Shown here in pieces: positions 49,868-60,173 of a stretch of DNA of 64,000 nt (position 1 is the stretch's first letter; every line of letters starts with the position of its first letter). Source of the DNA: Candidatus Babeliales bacterium (GTDB lineage: Bacteria; Babelota; Babeliae; Babelales; JANWKD01); the NCBI GenBank assembly GCA_963722255.1, contig CAVRJO010000001.1, forward strand, positions 448,001 to 512,000. Direction: 5' to 3'. Position numbers and translations under genes: made by a program. The notes under the pieces were generated by a model. The model was not told where the DNA came from. It saw only the letters and a program-made list of their open reading frames with translations, and did not search any database.

Positions 49868-51826
49868 TTATATGTGATGAGCCATCAAATTTTGCAATGT
49901 CCAAAGCTGCACAGAACCATTAAATGACGTTGTTTGATTTCTTACCATAAGTTCATTAATTGCTGAGATATTTAAATAGTCAGCCCACTTATTATTGACA
50001 GAATTAAGTGAATCTAAAAAATGAGTTTTAAAATAGGTTCCCTGTTTAAACCAGTGTGTCGTTGGCGACACAAAGCCCATCTTTTTTCTATAAATAATAT
50101 CGTTAGGAATAATTCCCTCTGCAGCTTTCTTTAAAATATATTTGGTGACACCATTACGATATTTTAATGCTGTAGGAATTTGAAACGCAAATTCAACCAG
50201 TGCATCATCTAAAAAGGGAACTCTTGCTTCAACTGATGTTGCCATGGTTATTTTATCAACGCGTGTTAATAAAAGTTCCGGAAGTCTATGCTTTAACTCT
50301 AAGTACATCATTGAACTAAAAAAATCAGCATTCGGCAAACGATTGTATAATTCAGCAAGATGATACTCAACGAATGCATAACTGTCATCGCTTTGTTTAA
50401 AATAAGGAAAAATTGCTTTAATAACCGGATCAACTGGTTCTTGAAAATCAAAAGATCTAACAACTTCTTTTTTCCATAGTTCAGAAAATGCTACTGCCCC
50501 ACTCCAGAAAAAATTCTTATTCTCTGCCCAGTTTTTTATAGCATCGAGTCTATTTAATTTTTTTTGTAAAAATGGTTTTGCAAGAGAATAAATACCTTGT
50601 TTTGCTAATGCTGGAAGATATTTTTGTGAATGTTTCCAATAACGATTATAAACATCTAAATAAACACCATATAAAGAATACCCACAAAAAAGCTCGTCAG
50701 AACCTTCCCCAATCAAGGCCACCGTTGTTCCGGAATCTTTCAAAAGTTTAGCAATATAATAGAGGGGAATACTAACGGTATCCGCCAATGGTTCATCTTG
50801 GTGATAAATCATTTTTTCAAAAAATTCAAAAGCTTCCTTTTCAGAAATTAGAAGCTCATGATGTTCGGTTGAAAATCTTTTGGCCACTGAGCGAGCCCAT
50901 TCAAATTCACTCAACTCTTGATCATCTGAAAAAGCGATGGTAAAGGTTTTGACTGTGCCAACAAGTTCGCTCATTAAAGCAACATTAAGACTTGAATCTA
51001 TGCCCCCAGAAAGAAACGCTCCATACGGAACATCCGACATCAAATGCTTTTTAACTGATTTACGTAAAAGAGATCTCAGCAATTGAATACAATATTCTTC
51101 GTTGCGCATATGAGCTGAGTCATAATGTTGTTTTGGAGTTAAAGGATTATACCATTCTTTATAGGTGATATTTTTTTGTGCATCAACTTTAAGGTAGTGA
51201 CCTGCAGGCATCTTATAAATGTTTTTATATAAGGTCATAGGCGCAGGAGTAGCTAAATAGGTCAAATAATGTGACATAGCCTGTACATTAAGTTCTTTAC
51301 TGATCCATGGTAACTGCCATAGTGCTTTTATTTCAGAAGCAAAACTTAACACATCTCCCAATAATGAAAAATAGATTGGTTTAATGCCATAGCGATCACG
51401 AATCAAAAAAAACTCTTTGGTAATAAAATCATAGAGCACAATAACAAACATGCCTTCAAGTCGTTCAAGAGCTTGAATTCCCCATTGTTTGTATGCATGC
51501 ATAATTGTTTCTGTATCGGAATTTGTTGTATAGCAAGCACCTAAACTTTCAAGTTCACTGCGTAATTGAGGATGATTATAAATCTCTCCATTACAAAGTA
51601 CCGCAACAGTTTTTCCAGCATCAAAAAAAGGCTGGAATGCAGCATCTGAAAGATCCACTATGCTCAGCCGACGATGAAAAAGTGCTAACTGCTCTTCATC
51701 AGACATCCATATTCTATATCCATTTGGCCCTCTATGGGCAACAGATTGTTGCATTTTTTCAAGAAGATCATGATTCGGCCAATAGGATTTTTGAGAAATG
51801 TTGATATAGCCACCAAGCCCACACAT
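49868..51826 (-). CDS. asnB: asparagine synthase (glutamine-hydrolysing)-like amidotransferase, paralog 1
   Basis: MCGLGG N-terminal Cys, HRGP, NGEIYN, LSGGIDSS, GEGSDELF, EARVPFLD. Confidence 0.93.
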   Translation of the reverse strand: MCGLGGYINISQKSYWPNHDLLEKMQQSVAHRGPNGYRIWMSDEEQLALFHRRLSIVDLSDAAFQPFFDAGKTVAVLCNGEIYNHPQLRSELESLGACYTTNSDTETIMHAYKQWGIQALERLEGMFVIVLYDFITKEFFLIRDRYGIKPIYFSLLGDVLSFASEIKALWQLPWISKELNVQAMSHYLTYLATPAPMTLYKNIYKMPAGHYLKVDAQKNITYKEWYNPLTPKQHYDSAHMRNEEYCIQLLRSLLRKSVKKHLMSDVPYGAFLSGGIDSSLNVALMSELVGTVKTFTIAFSDDQELSEFEWARSVAKRFSTEHHELLISEKEAFEFFEKMIYHQDEPLADTVSIPLYYIAKLLKDSGTTVALIGEGSDELFCGYSLYGVYLDVYNRYWKHSQKYLPALAKQGIYSLAKPFLQKKLNRLDAIKNWAENKNFFWSGAVAFSELWKKEVVRSFDFQEPVDPVIKAIFPYFKQSDDSYAFVEYHLAELYNRLPNADFFSSMMYLELKHRLPELLLTRVDKITMATSVEARVPFLDDALVEFAFQIPTALKYRNGVTKYILKKAAEGIIPNDIIYRKKMGFVSPTTHWFKQGTYFKTHFLDSLNSVNNKWADYLNISAINELMVRNQTTSFNGSVQLWTLQNLMAHHI

Positions 51827-51876
51827 ACAGTCCCCTTTTTTTTGCATTAAACATCACTAACACTGTGCGCTCTATT

Positions 51877-52740
51877 TTACGCTTTAATCATACGAATAGA
51901 TAGATATGCTCCAAACTTTTTTGATAACGAATATAACAAAGAATCAGGAATAAAACGGTACAACTTTTTAATAAACGGAAAACCCGGTAAATCATCACGG
52001 ACTAATTTTCTAACATCAGTTTTAATTATTTTAAATCCTGCCTGTTTGCATAACTTTTGCATCTCTTTTGCACTATAAAGATTCACAAGCGCTTGTGCAC
52101 CACTATGGGTTACTTCCATTTCAGACCGACGCTCTTTTAGTGACTTTTTTAAAAACTGAAATTTTAATACCCAATCATATAAAATCAGCTTTAGAATATA
52201 AAAAATAGAATGTTTATGATAGACAATAATCTGCGCTTCACCATCATCTTTTAAAACACGACGAATATTTTTAAGAGCTTTAGCTATATTAGGCGTATGA
52301 TGCAAAACTCCGAAACTAAAAACAAAATCATAGCTGTCAGTTAAAGCAAGCTCTTCAACATCCATCTCCAAAAAAGTTGCATCGTAGCCAAAATATGCAA
52401 GATGCTTTTTTGCAATTATTGGATTATCCGGTGTCAAATCAATACCCGTATAGATCGCGCCATGGCTACAAAATTGATACGCATCGTATCCTGCACCACT
52501 ACCAATTTCTAAAACTTTTTTACCCCTGAATCGCTCAAAATGAACGATCTCATCCATCCATTCACATTCTTCTGTAAAACGACGCTGTAAAACTGATTCA
52601 AAAAACTCTTTTGTTCCTTTTTTATATCCATTACCATATGACCAACCGGCCGGATTTGTCCCCCAAACTATCTTTGTCGACTCTTTTATCTTTTGATTAT
52701 CCATTAATGACTCCTTTACCATTTTTTTACTTTCTAACAA
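51877..52740 (-). CDS. class I SAM-dependent methyltransferase (paralog 2)
   Basis: Close paralog of 47713..48564 (WGTNPAGW, FERFRGKKVLEIG). Confidence 0.88.
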   Translation of the reverse strand: MLESKKMVKESLMDNQKIKESTKIVWGTNPAGWSYGNGYKKGTKEFFESVLQRRFTEECEWMDEIVHFERFRGKKVLEIGSGAGYDAYQFCSHGAIYTGIDLTPDNPIIAKKHLAYFGYDATFLEMDVEELALTDSYDFVFSFGVLHHTPNIAKALKNIRRVLKDDGEAQIIVYHKHSIFYILKLILYDWVLKFQFLKKSLKERRSEMEVTHSGAQALVNLYSAKEMQKLCKQAGFKIIKTDVRKLVRDDLPGFPFIKKLYRFIPDSLLYSLSKKFGAYLSIRMIKA

Positions 52741-52746
52741 ACTATC

Positions 52747-54213
52747 CTACTTTTTTAATGCGACACCTTTCGTTGCTACATAGTGTTTCCAGATGCGCAC
52801 TTTTGAAATAAACCATCTTTTTTCATCAGGCTCAATAACCTCAAATACCCATACATAAAAAGGCCAAATTAATCCACTTACCGCTACCGCAAAGATAGAA
52901 TAATGCACATATTGCAAGAGACAATGCATAATAACAATAAAAAATATAATAAAAATAAAAATCTTATTCATTTTTTTTATATTAATAAGTGGATACTGAT
53001 AAATTTTCTTGCTTAGTATAAAACAAAGAAACGCATACAACATAAATGCAATGCTATTAGAAACAAAAATCCACCACAAGCCCAAATGAACAGTAGTATA
53101 TAAAAGAAAACATTGCACACCAAGAACAAAGCATGAAATGAAGGGGACATAGAAAGTTCTGGTTGATAATCCAAAAGCTGTCTGAAAAAGTCGAGCAATT
53201 TCTATAAAGAACAATGGTAAAAAAAATAAGGGAATATAAGAGAGCACATACTTATACGGAGATGGAAATAAAAACTGTACAGCACACATCGCACCAAGAA
53301 TTGAATAAAAACAAAAAGTTGTTAATGCTAATGCATAATAGGTAATAAGCCGCGAAATAAGATAATCAGCCGTTTCTTCTTTTTGAGCATTATAGATCAG
53401 AAATTGCCATGCATCTATCATTGCAATAGCAATCATTTGAAAAATTGCACCGAATCTCCATAAGATTCCGTATAATCCCAATGATTCAAATCCTAAATAA
53501 TTTTTTATAATAAGTTTATCAAAAATAAAAAAACTCATATAAATTAGATTATAAATAAGCAGTGGTCCACTAAATAAGAGCTGTTTTTTAAAAATTTCAA
53601 AAGAAAAAAAACGATTACGAAAAAATAAGGTGAAAAACCATGGAGCAAAAAGAGCGAAGGAACATACATTTGCATAAAAAAATGCTTTAATGCCAAGGTT
53701 ATAATGAACACCTACTAAAGTACCTGCTAAAGCTAAAAAATTTTGTACACAAAATACTAAACTATAGACTATTAATTTTTCTTGTACACGCAATAAGGAT
53801 AAAATTATGGTATACAGTGCAAAAAATGCCACACTACACACTGTTAAGGATGCATATTCTGAAAAATAGCTGTAGTTATGATGAAATACAAATAAAAAAT
53901 ATCCAAATAAAGCCATAACGAGCACTGAGCATAAAACAAATAAAAAAGAGTTTCCTATTGCTTGCAGCTGTTTTATTGATTCATCTTTATATAATACATA
54001 AAACCGAAAAAGTGATGTTGAAGCGCAAGAGGTTACTAATAACGTTCCTGTAGAAAAAAAAAGTTGATAGAAATCCCAGATGCCAAATTCGGCAAGCGTT
54101 AAATGAGATAAAAAATAAGGTAACATAAGAAAATTGAAAGTGCGTACAATAACTGAACTCATCGTATAAAAAAAAGTAATATAAGCCCCACGTTTAATAT
54201 ACTCTACTAACAT
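52747..54213 (-). CDS. Wzx-like oligosaccharide flippase
   Basis: Many TM helices; P......L...EFG and FD..II...LG...LGLY patterns; polysaccharide context. Confidence 0.82.
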   Translation of the reverse strand: MLVEYIKRGAYITFFYTMSSVIVRTFNFLMLPYFLSHLTLAEFGIWDFYQLFFSTGTLLVTSCASTSLFRFYVLYKDESIKQLQAIGNSFLFVLCSVLVMALFGYFLFVFHHNYSYFSEYASLTVCSVAFFALYTIILSLLRVQEKLIVYSLVFCVQNFLALAGTLVGVHYNLGIKAFFYANVCSFALFAPWFFTLFFRNRFFSFEIFKKQLLFSGPLLIYNLIYMSFFIFDKLIIKNYLGFESLGLYGILWRFGAIFQMIAIAMIDAWQFLIYNAQKEETADYLISRLITYYALALTTFCFYSILGAMCAVQFLFPSPYKYVLSYIPLFFLPLFFIEIARLFQTAFGLSTRTFYVPFISCFVLGVQCFLLYTTVHLGLWWIFVSNSIAFMLYAFLCFILSKKIYQYPLINIKKMNKIFIFIIFFIVIMHCLLQYVHYSIFAVAVSGLIWPFYVWVFEVIEPDEKRWFISKVRIWKHYVATKGVALKK

Positions 54214-54419
54214 ACCTCTTTATTTCCGATTATTTTTAAGAAAAATGGTAAATTCTAACTATTTTGCCAAACAATTGCCTGTAAACATTTCTACTTACTT
54301 ATAACAATACGATAAATTAAAGCAACAGCAAACATATGCATTATAGCTTTACAGCATGCAAAAAATTTTTTATGTTATGGCCTATACATAGTTTATAAAA
54401 TAAATACACGAAGAGCACA

Positions 54420-55538
54420 ATGAAGAAACTACTACTATTATTTTTATTTTCGGGATCATGTTTTTTGACACTTGCTTCAACTGGACAAAAAAAAGCACTC
54501 ATCTTTGGCATCACAGGCCAAGATGGCGCTTACCTTGCTGAATTTCTTCTCAAGAAAAACTACATAGTCCATGGTGTAAAAAGGCGTTCATCTTCATTTA
54601 ATACAGCACGTATTGATCACCTTTATCATGATTTACACGAGCCAAATTGTTGTACCTTTGTTTTACATTATGGCGATGTAACCGATAGCACCAATGTTGT
54701 ACGGATTATTCAAGAAGTTCAACCTGATGAAATTTATAATTTGGCAGCACAAAGCCATGTACTTGTTTCATTTGAAACACCTGAATATACTGCCAATTCC
54801 GATGCTCTTGGTACTCTTCGCATCTTGGAAGCAATTAGAATTTTGAAATTAGAAAATAAAACACGCTTTTATCAAGCATCAACAAGCGAACTTTTTGGAA
54901 ATTCACCTCCTCCGCAAAGTGAGCTTACTCCTTTCTGGCCACGCTCGCCCTATGGTGTTGCAAAATTATACGCTTACTGGATTACGGTCAATTATCGTGA
55001 AGCATATGGTATTTTTGCCTGCAATGGAATTCTTTTTAATCATGAATCTCCTCAACGCGGTGAAACATTTGTAACGCGAAAAATTACACGAGCAGTTGCT
55101 CATATCAAAAATGGATTACAGGATACGCTCTATCTAGGAAACTTAGATTCATTGCGGGATTGGGGATACGCTAAAGATTATGTTGAGGCTATGTGGCTTA
55201 TGCTGCAACAAGAAAAACCTGATGATTTTGTTATTGCAACCGGACAAGCACATTCAGTAAGAGAATTTGTTGAACGCGCATTTGCACATGTTGGCATTAC
55301 TATAGAATGGCAAGGAAGCGGCATCAATGAATACGGTATTGATGCCGCAACTAAAAAACGGCTCGTTGCTATAGATCCAAAATATTTCCGGCCCACTGAA
55401 GTTGATTATTTACTGGGTAATACAACAAAAGCCACGCAACTTTTGCAATGGAAGCCGCGAGTCTCTTTTGATGAATTAGTTGCTCTTATGGTTGACCATG
55501 ATTGTGCTTTGGTTACACAGAAAAATGCTCCTCATTAA
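54420..55538 (+). CDS. gmd: GDP-mannose 4,6-dehydratase
   Basis: [51 protein letters not shown]. Confidence 0.96.
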   Translation: MKKLLLLFLFSGSCFLTLASTGQKKALIFGITGQDGAYLAEFLLKKNYIVHGVKRRSSSFNTARIDHLYHDLHEPNCCTFVLHYGDVTDSTNVVRIIQEVQPDEIYNLAAQSHVLVSFETPEYTANSDALGTLRILEAIRILKLENKTRFYQASTSELFGNSPPPQSELTPFWPRSPYGVAKLYAYWITVNYREAYGIFACNGILFNHESPQRGETFVTRKITRAVAHIKNGLQDTLYLGNLDSLRDWGYAKDYVEAMWLMLQQEKPDDFVIATGQAHSVREFVERAFAHVGITIEWQGSGINEYGIDAATKKRLVAIDPKYFRPTEVDYLLGNTTKATQLLQWKPRVSFDELVALMVDHDCALVTQKNAPH

Positions 55539-57736
55539 TCACGACTTCGGCGTTTAAATCGTGGCAATTTTTTTAATTCTTTAACTGTTTTTTCTACTTG
55601 TGAGGACATCCATTGTTTATTATGCTTTTCTACTAATGTTTTGAATTCTTGGGGCAAATCTTCATACCCAAATTGCAAAAGATCATCTATCACTACCAAT
55701 TTATTATTCTTTATTACATTCAAAATATACGTTACTATAAGTGCTTGATCTAATAGGACATATGACTGATTAAGAAATGAAAAAATAATAACTGGCGATA
55801 TGTCAAAAAATAACAATTTCTCTACAATACCTGTTGTGCCCATTTCACTCAATTGATACATAATATTATTTCCTATTATCCCTTTAAAATCTAATCTATC
55901 TTTTTTGAAATCACTACTTTCAAAAACAGTAAGCGTTCCACCCGTTTCACTACTACAAAATGCAATCGTAAGAGGATTAACCCCTTCAAAAATAATAGAA
56001 ATTATTACATTCGATATAAAACTTACTCTTACTATTGGATTATCAAATATTCTGGTCCACAACTTCTTCTTTGAATCCATATCAATACATAAAAATTCTC
56101 CATTATTTCTTAATAAAAGCTTATAGGAATCTGGGGAAAAATAAGCAGTTTCGTAAATCTTCGATGTTGCCCATATAATTTTACCATCAGTAACATCAAG
56201 TACAAAAACACCATTTTCTGTTAACAAAGTTATTAATCTATTATCCGGTGAAAAAACAGTAGTATAAGGCAAATTTTTTAAAGGGTTTAGCAATTTCCAT
56301 GAAAAAATATCTTCATCATCAACACTATTTTCTACCTTGATAAGTTCTTTGGAAACTGTAATTATTTTTTTTCCATCAGGTAAAATTCTAGTTAGATCCG
56401 ACTCAGAATTTTGTTTAGTTTTAATTTCCTGTCCCGTCATCATATCAATAGTTCTTACAAAATTTTCATCGTTAGAAAAACACAAATATTTTTTTTCCTC
56501 ATCAAAGTATAATTCACCGATCCTACTATTATTCAAATTCAATCGAAATACAATTTCGCCCGTTTTACTATCGATAAACAACATTGAATTACCATTATCA
56601 TCAAAACTTTCAACAATAATCCTTTTAATGGGTGAAAAAAAACCAAGAACTTTAAAACGTGGCAACTTATTTTTTTGCCATACTTGAATACCAGTTTGCG
56701 CATCAACAAGCTGCATATTATAATAGTTGTTAAAAATTAAAAGCTGTAAACTATCTGAAGAAAAATAAAAATTATTAGAAAAAGAATATGATGCAAGTTC
56801 CCAAATTTTTTTATTTGTTATTAGGTCTACCATAATTATCTTTGAATCAGAGTCAATAAGTGCTGCTAATTTAGTTTTATCGGGAGAAATATTCATGTGA
56901 TATGCACTATATTCTCTCTCAAGAATACGTTTTATCTCTGATTGAGGAAGAGTTTTAAAAATCAATGCTGCGTCATCACATACACGTTGAGATAAAGGTA
57001 GTTGCATCTCTTCGGGCAATCTTTGCATGAGGCTTACATACTCCCCAAGCTTTTCTGCAGAATCAATGCTCTTTAAATGTTTCACCAGAAGATTTTGATA
57101 TTTTTTTAATAACTTTTTACTATCAAGATAGTTTGCTGCATTAATCAAATCAACCAACATTTCATCTGATAAAGAGTCAGAATCATATGCTCTATTTGTT
57201 AAATCTTTATACACATAATCAAATACCTCTTCTGATAAATTCGGTAACGGAATTGGCAGAGTATAATCTTCAACATCTGCAAGGATATTTTTTAAGGTAT
57301 TCGATTTTTTTGCTTGCGCAATTGATAAAACATACTCTTTATTACCTACCTCAATAGTAATATTTGTTAATCGATCGGTGATAACCTCAGAATATTTATC
57401 AATCAATTGTTGAATCTTTAAAATTGAAGCCCCAGCAAGAAGCTGATTCATCATTGTATCATCAAGATCATTTTCATCATAGTTCTGATTTGTTAAATCT
57501 TTATGGATATACTCAAAAATTTCACTTGTAATACCATCAGGCAAAACAATTGCTTCCTCAGGATCAATACGCTTTTTCAGCAGTCTTTCTAACGTTTCAG
57601 ATTGTGATGCTTGCTCTCGAGTCAAAGAATAGACTTGGCCACCAACATTAATTTTTACATCCTCTTTTTGTTCCATTGCATACAAAAAAGAAATAGATAA
57701 AAAACAAGCACCAATCATAATTCTTTTACTATTCAT
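55535..57736 (-). CDS. secreted protein with two Skp1/BTB-like domains and a WD40/PQQ-like beta-propeller (paralog 1)
   Basis: A..S.TL..(I/L)L...I.LP....F..(I/V)...L..AANYLD repeated twice; multiple FSPD/W propeller blades. Confidence 0.8.
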   Translation of the reverse strand: MNSKRIMIGACFLSISFLYAMEQKEDVKINVGGQVYSLTREQASQSETLERLLKKRIDPEEAIVLPDGITSEIFEYIHKDLTNQNYDENDLDDTMMNQLLAGASILKIQQLIDKYSEVITDRLTNITIEVGNKEYVLSIAQAKKSNTLKNILADVEDYTLPIPLPNLSEEVFDYVYKDLTNRAYDSDSLSDEMLVDLINAANYLDSKKLLKKYQNLLVKHLKSIDSAEKLGEYVSLMQRLPEEMQLPLSQRVCDDAALIFKTLPQSEIKRILEREYSAYHMNISPDKTKLAALIDSDSKIIMVDLITNKKIWELASYSFSNNFYFSSDSLQLLIFNNYYNMQLVDAQTGIQVWQKNKLPRFKVLGFFSPIKRIIVESFDDNGNSMLFIDSKTGEIVFRLNLNNSRIGELYFDEEKKYLCFSNDENFVRTIDMMTGQEIKTKQNSESDLTRILPDGKKIITVSKELIKVENSVDDEDIFSWKLLNPLKNLPYTTVFSPDNRLITLLTENGVFVLDVTDGKIIWATSKIYETAYFSPDSYKLLLRNNGEFLCIDMDSKKKLWTRIFDNPIVRVSFISNVIISIIFEGVNPLTIAFCSSETGGTLTVFESSDFKKDRLDFKGIIGNNIMYQLSEMGTTGIVEKLLFFDISPVIIFSFLNQSYVLLDQALIVTYILNVIKNNKLVVIDDLLQFGYEDLPQEFKTLVEKHNKQWMSSQVEKTVKELKKLPRFKRRSRD

Positions 57737-57878
57737 CACAGATCCTCGCATCAATTTTAATACTATTATTTCTATTATAATAAGAAATCTGATAAAGGTT
57801 TTACAATAAATACTAAAGCTATACAGAAGAATGCTCTTTATTAATCGCGACTGCGGCGTTTAAATCGTGGCATTTTTT

Positions 57879-60080
57879 TTAATTCTTTAACCGTTTTTTC
57901 TGTTTGTGACGCTTCCATTGCTTATTATGCTTTTCTACTAATGTTTTAAATTCTTGTGGTAAATCATCATATCCAAATTGCATAAGATCATCTATCACTA
58001 CCAATGTATTATTCTTTATTGCATTCAAAATATATGTGACTATAAGTGCTTGATTTAGTGAATTTTCTTTATGATCAAAAAACGAAAAGATGGCTAATGG
58101 AGAAATATCAAAACAAATCAATCTCATACTTCCACGATCTCTACTTGTGAGAGAGAAATATACAAAATTATTCTTTATACTCTGAACTCTAACGTTTAGT
58201 AAATACCCCTGAAGACTTTGGATTTCAGATGTTATAATACGTTGGCCTGATTGTATTTTGTAAAATTCAATTGCATATTCGTTCTCGGGTAAAAAAACCA
58301 CATAAGCCACTACATCTTCGGCTACAAAAAATAAATCTCCGATCAGCTGTCCTTTAAACGATTTCGTCCACAATTTTCTTTTTTTAACTAAATCCAAAGC
58401 AGTAACTGAATCAGGAAAAGAAATTGACTGTAGTAACAATTCATTCGAACTAGGCGAAAAAAAAGTTAAAAAATGTTTAGTATCTTCATCAAAAATATTT
58501 GATTTTTCATACTGGATTTTTCCCGTGAGCATATTGAAAACAAAAATAAAATTTTGTGCTGTAGAACCAAGCACAAATAAACTATTATCTTTTGAAAATG
58601 ATGTTATACTAGGAATCTCTATTAATGGTTTTTTAAATGCCCAAGTAAAAGGGTCATTACCATTAGTACTGTTTTCCAACGTGAATAATTCTTTTGAAAC
58701 TTTGATTATTTTTTTCCCATCAGGAGAAATATATAATTTTTCATTTGAAAAATCACTTTTTGCATTCTTAATTTCTTGACCGGTGTCAATATTAATAGCC
58801 GAAACATATATAGTGCTCCAATCTTGATACTCTATGATCAAAGATTTTGAATCCGATTCATAATAAGAATTAATAATCCTGAAAGCAGCATGAGGCAAAT
58901 CAAACAAAATATCGCCAGTCAGACTATCAAGTATCTGTATTTTTTTACTTTCAAGAACTTGTATAACAATTCTATTAGGTCCCGAAAAAAACCTTGGGAT
59001 ATTATTTGGTAATATGGAATAATTCTTTTTCCACAATTGTTTTCCCGTGTAAGTATCAAAGAGTGTTAATTCGCCTTCCTTGTAGCTTAAAAGCCTCGAA
59101 CTGTCTGATGAAAAAACTATTTTGCTCTTATTTAACGCTTTGCTTTGCCATAATTTTTTATTTTTTACTAGGTCAAATACAGTTGAAACATCAGAAGTGT
59201 TAATTACCACACAAATGCTTGTATCCGGAGAAATAATAATTTGTTCACCTGATTGCTCGCGATCTTTTACCAGCTCAATATGCGATTGCTGCATAGTTTG
59301 GTAGAGCTCTTTACTTAGGGTGCATATATTTTGAGACAGCGGAATTTGCATCTCTTCAGGCAATCTTTGTATGAGGTTTTCATATTCCTCAAGTTTCTTT
59401 GCAGTATCAATGCTTGTTAAACGAATTACCAGAAGATCTTGATATTTTTTTAATAACTTTTCACTATCAAGATAGTTTGCTGCATTCACTAAATCAACGA
59501 GTGTTTCATCAGATAAAGAATCAGAATCATAAGCACTATTTGTTAAATCTTTATAGACATAATCAAATACCTCTTCTGACAAATTCGGTAATGGAATTGG
59601 CAAACTATAGTCTTCTACATCTGCAAGAATATTTTTCAAGGTGTTCGATTTTTTTGCTTGCGCAATTGATAAAACATACTCTTTATTACCTACTTCAATA
59701 GTAATATCAGTTATTCGATCGGTAGTGATTTCAGTATATTTTTCTATCAAACTTGGAATTTTAAGAGTGATCGCTGCATTAAATAATGCGGCAAGCATTT
59801 TATCATCAAGATCATTTTCATCATAGTTCTGATTTGTTAAATCTTTGTAAATATAGTCAAAAACTTTACTTGTAATACCCTCAGGCAAAACAATTACTTC
59901 CTCAGGATCAGTATGTTTTTTCAGCATTCTTTCTAACGTTTCAGATTGTGATGCTTGCTCTCGAGTCAAAGAATAGACTTGGCCACCAACATTAATTTTT
60001 ACATCCTTTTTTTGTTCCATTGCATACAAAAAAGAAATAGATAAAAAACAAGCACCAATCATAATTCTTTTACTATTCAT
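57879..60080 (-). CDS. secreted Skp1/BTB + beta-propeller protein (paralog 2)
   Basis: Tandem duplicate with near-identical N- and C-termini. Confidence 0.8.
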   Translation of the reverse strand: MNSKRIMIGACFLSISFLYAMEQKKDVKINVGGQVYSLTREQASQSETLERMLKKHTDPEEVIVLPEGITSKVFDYIYKDLTNQNYDENDLDDKMLAALFNAAITLKIPSLIEKYTEITTDRITDITIEVGNKEYVLSIAQAKKSNTLKNILADVEDYSLPIPLPNLSEEVFDYVYKDLTNSAYDSDSLSDETLVDLVNAANYLDSEKLLKKYQDLLVIRLTSIDTAKKLEEYENLIQRLPEEMQIPLSQNICTLSKELYQTMQQSHIELVKDREQSGEQIIISPDTSICVVINTSDVSTVFDLVKNKKLWQSKALNKSKIVFSSDSSRLLSYKEGELTLFDTYTGKQLWKKNYSILPNNIPRFFSGPNRIVIQVLESKKIQILDSLTGDILFDLPHAAFRIINSYYESDSKSLIIEYQDWSTIYVSAINIDTGQEIKNAKSDFSNEKLYISPDGKKIIKVSKELFTLENSTNGNDPFTWAFKKPLIEIPSITSFSKDNSLFVLGSTAQNFIFVFNMLTGKIQYEKSNIFDEDTKHFLTFFSPSSNELLLQSISFPDSVTALDLVKKRKLWTKSFKGQLIGDLFFVAEDVVAYVVFLPENEYAIEFYKIQSGQRIITSEIQSLQGYLLNVRVQSIKNNFVYFSLTSRDRGSMRLICFDISPLAIFSFFDHKENSLNQALIVTYILNAIKNNTLVVIDDLMQFGYDDLPQEFKTLVEKHNKQWKRHKQKKRLKN

Positions 60081-60173
60081 CACAGATCCTCGCATCAATT
60101 ATAATACTATTATTTCTATTATAATAAGAAATCTGATAAAGGTTTTGCAATGAATAAAAAGATCAGATTTATA

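Noticed and set aside
55535..60098. Diversity-generating retroelement behind paralog divergence
   Set aside because: No reverse transcriptase in the window, and differences are not adenine-specific
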